Assembly (NCBI GenBank): GCA_036381155.1
Contig: DASVDJ010000035.1
Coordinates: forward strand, 137,755-201,754
Length of the DNA stretch: 64,000 nucleotides
Source: Vicinamibacterales bacterium
GTDB lineage: Bacteria; Acidobacteriota; Vicinamibacteria; Vicinamibacterales; JAENWD01
Direction of reading: 5' to 3'
Shown: positions 58,015-64,000 of the stretch, one piece after another
Layout of the letters: every line of letters begins with the position of its first letter
Numbering within the stretch: the stretch's first letter is position 1
Made by a program: the position numbers and the translations under genes
The notes under the pieces: model-generated
What the model was told of the DNA's origin: nothing
Database searches by the model: none
Seen by the model: only the letters and a program-made list of their open reading frames with translations

Positions 58015-58981
58015 CGATCCGCCTGCAGAGTATGATGCGGGGTCAGTGACCCCACGCCCCTACGAGACGCTGACTGCGGGGTCGGCGACGTTCCGGTTCT
58101 TTCTCGGTGACTGCCTGTCCCTGATGCCCCGGTTCCCCGAGGGCACCGCGGACGTGATCGTCACGTCGCCCCCCTACAACCTCGGTATCCGGTATCGCAG
58201 CTACGCGGACGCCCTGCCGCGCGACCGCTATCTCGCCTGGACGTCCGACTGGGTTCGGTCCGCGGCCCGACTGCTGGCGCCCGGCGGCTCGCTGTTCCTC
58301 AACGTCGGCGCCAAACCGACCGATCCGTGGACCGCGATCGACGTCGCACTGGCCGCGCGGCCGCACCTGACGCTCCAGAACACCCTGCACTGGATCAAGT
58401 CGATCGCGATCGATCGCGATGCCGCCGGTGCCAACGCCGGAGTGGATCGCAACCTCGCGCTCGGCCACTACAAGCCGATCAACAGCCGGCGCTTCGTCAA
58501 CGACTGCCACGAGTTCATCTTCCACTTCACCCACGACGGCCGGGTCCCGATCGACCGGCTCGCCCTCGGGGTCCCCTACCAGGACCAATCGAACGTGACC
58601 CGCTGGCAGTCGGCCAGGGCGGGCGTGCGGTGCCGCGGCAACGCGTGGTTCATGCCGTACGAGACGATCCAGAACCGCGACAAGGACCGGCCCCACCCGG
58701 CCACCTTCCCGGCCCGCCTGCCGGAGTACTGCCTGCGGCTGCACGGACTCCCCCGGGTGCGCACGGTGGTCGACCCGTTCCTGGGGCTTGGAAGCACGGC
58801 CGTGGCCTGCGCGCGGCTGGGACGCGACTTCATCGGGTTCGAGCTGGACGAGGGTTATCTGCGGGAAGCCATCGCGCGCACGCGCGAGGCCATTGCGGAA
58901 CAGGCCCGTACACAGAACCGGCCGCGGCGGTCCCGCAGAACCGCAGCGGCCGGGAACGGCACCGCACGGCGGGTCGGATGA
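58004..58981 (+). CDS. Site-specific DNA methyltransferase, beta-class N4/N6 type (SPPY motif)
   Basis: 325 aa (GTG 58004, with an alternative GTG at 58046). Catalytic motif IV VIVTSPPYNLG lies near the N-terminus. HPATFPARLPEYCL. SAM-binding motif I DPFLGLGSTAVAC lies near the C-terminus. No adjacent restriction endonuclease is recognisable. Confidence 0.9.
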   Translation: MRRSDPPAEYDAGSVTPRPYETLTAGSATFRFFLGDCLSLMPRFPEGTADVIVTSPPYNLGIRYRSYADALPRDRYLAWTSDWVRSAARLLAPGGSLFLNVGAKPTDPWTAIDVALAARPHLTLQNTLHWIKSIAIDRDAAGANAGVDRNLALGHYKPINSRRFVNDCHEFIFHFTHDGRVPIDRLALGVPYQDQSNVTRWQSARAGVRCRGNAWFMPYETIQNRDKDRPHPATFPARLPEYCLRLHGLPRVRTVVDPFLGLGSTAVACARLGRDFIGFELDEGYLREAIARTREAIAEQARTQNRPRRSRRTAAAGNGTARRVG

Positions 58982-58993
58982 CCCGCCCTCGGT

Positions 58994-60259
58994 CTACCGG
59001 CTTTCCGGTGGGGCCGGTGGCGGCTTGAGCGAGTAGGCCTTCCGCGACCAGACTTCCAACCCTGGACGCGACACCTTGACCTCGATCCGGCGGGTCCGCC
59101 GCAACGGGTCGGGGTTGCTCGAGTAGTACCCCAGCACGTAGTAGTCGCTGCTCTCGGCGTCGATGCGCCGGAGCGCCTTCTCGAAGTCGTTCTGGTTGAC
59201 GACCGCGAAGCCGCCCGTCTCGTGCGCGATCACGCGCAGGCTGTCCTGCGTCTTCTGCACGTGCCGGTTCCACTCGGTGGGGTCCACCGGCTCGTCGATG
59301 TCGGAGCCGGCCACCAGCCCGCGCGGGTCGATCGTGTAGAAGGTCGCGTTCGCCCGGTTGGCGGCACGGGTTAGCTCCGCGAGCTCCCGCGCCAGGTCCG
59401 CATCGGCGAACCGGTTGCTCGTCCGGGTGAACGGGTCGTAGTCGTACTGCGCGAACCGCTCGTTCGTCAGCCCGACGATGTTGGGGTCGTTGAAGCGGGC
59501 GCCCTCGAACGGGTTGAAGTCGTACCCGTTGCTCACGTAGATGACGGCCTTCCGCCGGTTCTGTACCTGCGCCAGGTTGTTGACGATGTCGTAGGCGGTG
59601 CGGAACGCGACGTGCGCGCGATAGCGGAGCTCGCTCGGCCCGTTGGGGCCCTGCGGCCCCTCGATGATCTCGCTCGGGCGCAGGCCGCTTCCCGAGATCT
59701 TGTTGATCGCCTCCTCCATCCGCCGCCGGTCGTACGTGAGGTCGATCTCGATCGAGGACGGGCCGGTCGACACCACGCCGAACATGTCGCCGTCATGCAG
59801 GAGCGTCTCCGACATCTGCTTGAACAGCTGGCGGATTCGCGGCGTGTCGCGGAACGACATGTGGAGGTCGTCGACGAAGAAGAGAAAGATGCGTCCCGCC
59901 GCGTCGTTCACCGGCCGCGTCTCGGGCAGGATGATGCCCTCCTGCGGCGGCGGAGGCGGCGGCGCCTGCAGGTTGAAGGTGCGTCCGCCGTGCACGAGCT
60001 CGAGCGACGCGATCTCCTGCTCGACGCCGTCCTCGAGAACCTGGAAGTCGTCCCTGGTGAGGTCGGCGACGAATTGTCCGTTCCGATCGCGGACGATCAC
60101 GTCCGTGGTGATGAGATCGATCTGCATCCGGAACGTCGGCTGTCCCGACGATCCGGGCTGGGGTGGCGGCGTCTGGGACGGCGCCTGGGCGCCGAGCGTC
60201 ACGCCGGCCAGCACCAGCGCGACAATCACGCGGAACGGGCGGGTCGCATGCATGGCCAT
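58994..60259 (-). CDS. Secreted VWA-domain protein (acidobacterial VWFA-related type)
   Basis: 421 aa. Signal peptide (VIVALVLAGVTLGAQA). N-terminal FRMQIDLITTDVIVRDRNGQFVADLTRDDFQVLEDGVEQEI segment typical of this family. VWA-like core (IFLFFVDDLHMS ... AVIYVSNGYD). Confidence 0.85.
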   Translation of the reverse strand: MAMHATRPFRVIVALVLAGVTLGAQAPSQTPPPQPGSSGQPTFRMQIDLITTDVIVRDRNGQFVADLTRDDFQVLEDGVEQEIASLELVHGGRTFNLQAPPPPPPQEGIILPETRPVNDAAGRIFLFFVDDLHMSFRDTPRIRQLFKQMSETLLHDGDMFGVVSTGPSSIEIDLTYDRRRMEEAINKISGSGLRPSEIIEGPQGPNGPSELRYRAHVAFRTAYDIVNNLAQVQNRRKAVIYVSNGYDFNPFEGARFNDPNIVGLTNERFAQYDYDPFTRTSNRFADADLARELAELTRAANRANATFYTIDPRGLVAGSDIDEPVDPTEWNRHVQKTQDSLRVIAHETGGFAVVNQNDFEKALRRIDAESSDYYVLGYYSSNPDPLRRTRRIEVKVSRPGLEVWSRKAYSLKPPPAPPESR

Positions 60260-60312
60260 AGCTCCGAGTATAGCCGTTTGGACTCTGGCGGACGCGCTCC
60301 GGTCGGCGTGTC

Positions 60313-61272
60313 TCAGCTGACGTCCGGGTCCTCTGCTCCCGCGTCGTCTTCGGGGCCGTCGGTCTCCTCTTCGCCGGCTGGCGCCACGGTCTGCGAGTGC
60401 TCCGGACGGCCCGGACCCGTCACGCGGGAGCGGCGCCGCCGGCGCCGGCGGCGTCCCCCGACGAGCCGGCGCAGCTCTTGGTGCAGGCTCTCCGCCTGCG
60501 CCGCGCCGGTGCGGACGTCCTCTTCGGTCACCCAGGTGTCGGGGTTGAGACGCTCGGCCTGTTCGCGGAGCGCCTCGGCCCGGGCGGGGTCCGTCACGCG
60601 GGTGGCGATGCGGGCCAGCAGCTCCGCGTGACGCGCGCGAAGCAGCTCCGCGGCCTCGTCGCCCAGGATCTGGTTGACCATCGGCGGGTCGGTCGCATGG
60701 TGCTCGACGGGCGGCGGCGGCGTGGGGTCGACGTCGAACACCCGGACCAGCCGGCGCTGCGGCGCCGGCGGTTCGAAGGGGGGCTCCGCCGGCGGAGGAC
60801 CTGCGGCAACCTCCGACACGGCCTCGGCCGGCGTGAACGTCGGACCTGCCGTGGGTTCAGGTGCCGCCGTCGACTCGAGCGAGACGATCTCCTCCGGCTC
60901 CGGAATGGGTGCCGGGGATTCGCCGACCGGTTGAGCCGGTACCTGGCTGGTCGACGGCTTGCGGGCCTCGCGCCCCTTCCGCTCGCCGCGTTCCGGCTTC
61001 CGCGGGGCGCGGCCCTCCCGATCCCTGGGTTCGGGCGCGGCCGGGGGACGGGCCTGGAGAATGTGCTTCCAGTCGAAGGTCAGGTCCGGGTGATGCTCCT
61101 CGAGCGCGCGAATCGCCTCTTCGTCGAAGGCGGCGCGGCCGACCTTCACGTGCGGCGGCGTGCGGAACCAGTACAGCAGCTTTGGTCGCTCGCCGCCCTG
61201 CCGGCGGCTGGCATGGAGCAGGTACGTGCTCTCATAGCCCCGCCGGTCGCGGGAGAACTTCAGATAGGGCAC
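60313..61272 (-). CDS. Hypothetical protein with Pro/Glu-rich linker and C-terminal octa-arginine tract
   Basis: 319 aa, GTG start 6 nt after the upstream stop. Globular-looking N-terminus (MPYLKFSRDRRGYESTYLLHASRRQGGERPKLLYWFRTPPHVKVGRAAFDEEAIRALEEHHPDLTFDW). Helical C-terminal part. [13 protein letters not shown]. No family recognised. Confidence 0.65.
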   Translation of the reverse strand: MPYLKFSRDRRGYESTYLLHASRRQGGERPKLLYWFRTPPHVKVGRAAFDEEAIRALEEHHPDLTFDWKHILQARPPAAPEPRDREGRAPRKPERGERKGREARKPSTSQVPAQPVGESPAPIPEPEEIVSLESTAAPEPTAGPTFTPAEAVSEVAAGPPPAEPPFEPPAPQRRLVRVFDVDPTPPPPVEHHATDPPMVNQILGDEAAELLRARHAELLARIATRVTDPARAEALREQAERLNPDTWVTEEDVRTGAAQAESLHQELRRLVGGRRRRRRRRSRVTGPGRPEHSQTVAPAGEEETDGPEDDAGAEDPDVS

Positions 61273-61278
61273 CGGACT

Positions 61279-62076
61279 CTACTTGCTGCTGCGCTTGGCG
61301 CTCCGGACCGACCGGCGGCTGCCGGCCTTCGTGCTTCGGCGGGCCGCCGGCTTGGCGGCGGCGCGCCGGGGCGCCGCCTTGGCCGTCTTCTTGGCGGGCT
61401 TGGCGGCGGCAGCGGGCCGCCGGGCCGGCCCGGCAGCCTTCGTTCCCTTCGATCCGCGTGCGGCGGATCCATTCCGTGCGGCTGCCTTGGCCGTCCGCCC
61501 GCCAGCGGTCCGCTTCGTGGCCGCGGGCGCCGGCCGCTTGGGAGCGGCGGCCGCGCGGCGTGCCGCCTTCGCGGCTCCCTGTCGAGGCGACTTCGCGGCG
61601 GGCCGGCGCGCTGGCCGCTCGGGAGGCGCCGGCGGCAGCGCCGCCGCTTCGGCGTCGCGGTGGATGAGCGTGAACTTCATCTGGTCGCCGACCTGGTGGT
61701 ACGACCAGATTTCCGCGACAGGGATCTGATTGGCCACGCTCAGCCGCCGTGCCACATCGACGGCCGACATCGGCACGTACAGATGAAACGGCACCTTGAG
61801 GCGGGCCAGCTGGGCCCATTGCCAGGTCGCCTCGAGGTTGTTGACCGACTCCCCCGTCTCGACCTCGATGACGCCGATGAGGCGGCGCCCCTTGTCGGTC
61901 GAGTAAATCAGGGCGTCCGGGTAGTCCTTCCGGCCGCTGCCGACCGACGCGTTCTGCTCGCTGCCCGGGTTGATGGCCACCTCGACCTTTCGGCTGGCCA
62001 GCTCCTGCGGCAGGAGTCGAATCACCCGGTCATGCTCGAGCTGCTCGCGGACAGGGCGAACGAGAATAGGACTCAA
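61279..62076 (-). CDS. Hypothetical protein: N-terminal restriction-endonuclease-fold-like domain fused to histone H1/AlgP-like Ala-Lys-Pro-rich tail
   Basis: 265 aa. TTG start with GGGAGG 5 nt upstream. The N-terminal ~140 aa are globular, with YPDALIYSTDKGRRLIGVIEVETGESV (a D ... hydrophobic-E-x-E pattern). The C-terminal ~125 aa are A/K/R/P repeats (AAAKPAKKTAKAAPRRAAAKPAARR). Confidence 0.7.
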   Translation of the reverse strand: MSPILVRPVREQLEHDRVIRLLPQELASRKVEVAINPGSEQNASVGSGRKDYPDALIYSTDKGRRLIGVIEVETGESVNNLEATWQWAQLARLKVPFHLYVPMSAVDVARRLSVANQIPVAEIWSYHQVGDQMKFTLIHRDAEAAALPPAPPERPARRPAAKSPRQGAAKAARRAAAAPKRPAPAATKRTAGGRTAKAAARNGSAARGSKGTKAAGPARRPAAAAKPAKKTAKAAPRRAAAKPAARRSTKAGSRRSVRSAKRSSK

Positions 62077-62243
62077 CGAGGCCTCCCGGCGGGGACGTGA
62101 ACAAATCGCATACTATACACGAACGCTCGAGCACGCCTCGGGCCGTTTCTGCAATGATTTCACGTCTTTTCCCGACATTTGCCCGCCGGACGCCATGCCC
62201 GGGCCATCCGGGCCGGTCCGGCGGGGCCCTGGAGCCCGCCCCG

Positions 62244-62894
62244 GTGCCCATCCGACGCCTCTGCCTGATGCTGCTGCCGGCCCTGTTGCTGGCCGTCCCG
62301 ACCCCGGCACGGCCCCAGCAGCCTGCCCGGCCCCAGGGGGTCTCCCCTGCCGTCCAGCAGGTCCTCGACGACATCCGCAAGGCCGATACCGGCATGCTTG
62401 CGGTCTCGCCCCAGGACGGCGAGTTCCTCCGGCTCCTCGTCGTGACGAGCGGCGCCCGGCGGGCGCTCGAAATCGGGGCGGCCAGCGGGTACAGCGCCAT
62501 CTGGATCGGACTCGGGCTGCGCGAGACCGGCGGCCGGCTGACGACTATCGAGTACGACCCGGTCCGCGCGAAGGAAGCCCGGGCGAACATCGCCCGCGCC
62601 GGCCTCTCCGACATCGTCGAGGTCATCGCCGGCGACGCGTTCAAGGCCATTCCCCGCCTCGAGGGGCCATTCGACTTCGTGTTCCTGGACGCCTGGAAGC
62701 GCGACTACCAGCGTTTCTTCGATCTGGTGTTCCCCCGCATGCCGAAGGGAAGCCTGTTCGTCGCCCACAACGTCCTGAACAAGCGGGAGGAGATGGGCGA
62801 CTTCCTGGCAACGATTCACCGCCACCCCGATCTGTTCACGTCGATCGTCGCCCCATCCGGCGAGGGCGTCTCGGTGTCCTGGAAGCGGCGGTAG
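62244..62894 (+). CDS. Class I SAM-dependent O-methyltransferase (family 3, caffeoyl-CoA OMT-like) with N-terminal signal-like sequence
   Basis: The track ORF starts at 62097. I prefer the GTG at 62244 (GGAG 9 nt upstream), giving MPIRRLCLMLLPALLLAVPTPARPQQ. An alternative ATG lies at 62154. Core motifs: ALEIGAASGYSAIWIG, TIEYDP, FDFVFLDAWKRDY. Confidence 0.8.
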   Translation: MPIRRLCLMLLPALLLAVPTPARPQQPARPQGVSPAVQQVLDDIRKADTGMLAVSPQDGEFLRLLVVTSGARRALEIGAASGYSAIWIGLGLRETGGRLTTIEYDPVRAKEARANIARAGLSDIVEVIAGDAFKAIPRLEGPFDFVFLDAWKRDYQRFFDLVFPRMPKGSLFVAHNVLNKREEMGDFLATIHRHPDLFTSIVAPSGEGVSVSWKRR

Positions 62895-62924
62895 TCCCGG
62901 TAGAGGGCCCTTCCCGACTGGAGG

Positions 62925-63458
62925 ATGACCATGCGGAAGCCAGCGATCGCAATCGGCGGTGCGCTCGTCGTGCTGGGTTGCGCCTTCGGCGGCCCGCTGC
63001 TCGCCCGGCAGACGGGCGGGCTCAAGGCGGATCTGCTGAGGGACTGGAGCGCGCAGAAGGCGCGGATGGTGGCCGTGGCCGAAGCCATGCCGGCCGACAA
63101 GTACGAGTTCAAGGCGACGCCGGCCCAGCGCACCTTCGGCGAGCAGCTCCATCACCTCGGGCAGGCGAACGTGAACCTGTTCAAGCGCCTGGATCCGGAG
63201 GGCAAGGTGCCGGCTCCGGACGTGCCGTCCGCGCACGACCGGGAGACGGTGACATCGTTCCTGGCTGCCTCGTACGACTACGGCGCGAAGGTGCTGGAGA
63301 GCCTGTCGGACGACGCCCTCGCCGCGCCGACGGGCCCGAACGGCGCGACACCGGCGCGGACGGTGTGGGCGGCCATGTCCAACGCGGCGAACCACTACGG
63401 CCAGTGCGTCGTGTACCTGCGGCTGAACGGGATCGTCCCGCCCGCATCGAGACGGTAG
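62925..63458 (+). CDS. DinB-family (four-helix bundle) putative lipoprotein
   Basis: 177 aa. Lipobox-like VVLGC. DinB His motifs (FGEQLHHLGQAN ... ANHYGQCVVYLRLNG). Confidence 0.85.
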   Translation: MTMRKPAIAIGGALVVLGCAFGGPLLARQTGGLKADLLRDWSAQKARMVAVAEAMPADKYEFKATPAQRTFGEQLHHLGQANVNLFKRLDPEGKVPAPDVPSAHDRETVTSFLAASYDYGAKVLESLSDDALAAPTGPNGATPARTVWAAMSNAANHYGQCVVYLRLNGIVPPASRR

Positions 63459-63462
63459 CCCC

Positions 63463-64000
63463 GTGCCGGCGGTCCATGTCATCGGCGTGCCGCTCGACCT
63501 CGGCGGTGGACGCCGGGGGGTCGACATGGGCCCCTCGGCCTTCCGCATCGCCGCCCTCGACGAGCAGCTCGCCGCGCTCGGCTACGACGTCGTCGACTGC
63601 GGCGACCTCGAGGTGCCGACGCCGGAGACGCGGCCCCCGGGGGATGCCCGGAAGCGCTACATCAACGAGATCGCGGCGGTCTGCGCCGACGTGTTCGAGC
63701 GGGTCGGCGCGGCGTTGACGGCCGGCGCCCTGCCCCTCGTGCTCGGCGGCGACCACAGCCTGGCAGCCGGGTCGGTTGCGGCGACCGCCGCCTGGGCGCG
63801 AGCCCGCGGCGAACGGATCGGGTTGATCTGGGTCGACGCCCACGGCGACATGAACACTCCGGCCAGCACGACGTCAGGCAACGTGCACGGCATGCCCCTG
63901 GCGGCGCTGCTCGGTCCCGAGCCGGCGGAGCTCTCGGGGATTGGCGGCTTCTCCCCGAAGGTGCCCCCCGAGCGCACCGTGCTCATCGGCGTCCGGAACC
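63463..64000 (+). CDS. Arginase (ureohydrolase family), 3' end truncated by the window edge
   Basis: Not in the ORF track because it is open-ended. I hand-translated it from the GTG at 63463: VPAVHVIGVPLDLGGGRRGVDMGPSAFR ... LVLGGDHSLAAG ... WVDAHGDMNTP ... SGNVHGMPLAALLG. These are the classical arginase manganese-ligand motifs. Confidence 0.9.
   Translation, partial: MPAVHVIGVPLDLGGGRRGVDMGPSAFRIAALDEQLAALGYDVVDCGDLEVPTPETRPPGDARKRYINEIAAVCADVFERVGAALTAGALPLVLGGDHSLAAGSVAATAAWARARGERIGLIWVDAHGDMNTPASTTSGNVHGMPLAALLGPEPAELSGIGGFSPKVPPERTVLIGVRN

Noticed and set aside
61290-61660. Repetitive GC-rich DNA (GCCGCC/GGCGGC/CTTGGC units) that could be mistaken for a tandem repeat or a CRISPR-like array.
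   Set aside because: There is no regular repeat-spacer periodicity. The region is the coding sequence of the Ala-Lys-Pro-rich tail of the 61279..62076 product.
58004-62076. The methyltransferase plus the nuclease-fold-like protein read as a restriction-modification system.
   Set aside because: The two genes are 2.3 kb apart on opposite strands and are separated by a secreted VWA protein and another gene. The nuclease-like motif lacks the canonical Lys. I kept them as separate observations.

Overview
A 64 kb, very GC-rich (about 70% G+C by eye, not computed), densely coding bacterial chromosomal segment. I support about 66 protein-coding genes, one tRNA-Pro(GGG) with its terminator, a few promoter-like sites and two copies of a short palindromic repeat family. 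I saw no rRNA, CRISPR array, transposase, integrase or prophage gene. My lineage guess is Acidobacteriota. It rests on a secreted VWA protein of the acidobacterial VWFA-related type, MacB/LolD-type ATPases without permeases, several sigma-54 enhancer-binding proteins, and exported DinB and O-methyltransferase proteins. The six-frame track contains many long Arg/Pro/Gly/Ala-rich ORFs that mirror real genes on the opposite strand, and I discarded them. Many track ORFs also start upstream of the plausible start, so I trimmed them to in-frame ATG/GTG/TTG codons that I checked in the sequence.

Layout of the window:
- 0.2-4.9 kb: a signalling island with a REC protein, an NtrC-type EBP, an input-less histidine kinase, CheY, CheX and HDOD.
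- 4.9-8.3 kb: HtrA protease, pyrophosphatase and a tryptophanase-family lyase.
- 8.5-14.2 kb: a HlyD adaptor, two soluble ABC ATPases, a sigma-54 EBP and a HAMP-PAS kinase, with no permease.
- 14.3-15.9 kb: four small orphan ORFs.
- 15.9-22.9 kb: POT peptide transporter, cupin, PD40 propeller protein, tRNA-Pro, MerR, Der, IHF/HU and an M50 protease.
- 22.9-32.8 kb: a long, tightly coupled minus-strand run of priA, udg, coaBC, gmk, yicC, an MsbA-like exporter, a GT2 and ugd.
- 32.9-40.6 kb: a divergent glycan operon with five glycosyltransferases, a priming phosphotransferase and UDP-xylose synthase.
- 40.6-57.5 kb: mostly housekeeping genes (degenerate HD-GYP, pgsA, TPR-SLH lipoprotein, hflX, tsaC, MFS, glpX, acyl-CoA dehydrogenase, SAM hydrolase, methyltransferase, bactofilin, nifS-mnmA, trxBA, FdhE-like, a PBP5-type carboxypeptidase).
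- 57.5-64 kb: a long non-coding leader, a small Cys/His ORF, an orphan SPPY DNA methyltransferase, the VWA protein, two unrecognised basic proteins (one a nuclease-fold-like domain fused to a histone-H1-like tail), then an exported O-methyltransferase, a DinB lipoprotein and a 3'-truncated arginase.

The candidates I consider most worth follow-up:
- the nuclease-like/H1-tail plus poly-Arg gene pair (60.3-62.1 kb);
- the permease-less HlyD/ATPase/sigma-54 operon (8.5-14.2 kb);
- the HK-CheY-CheX-HDOD module (2.4-4.9 kb);
- the leader/small ORF/orphan methyltransferase locus (57.5-59.0 kb).

All calls come from reading the sequence and from motif memory. No database search was run.
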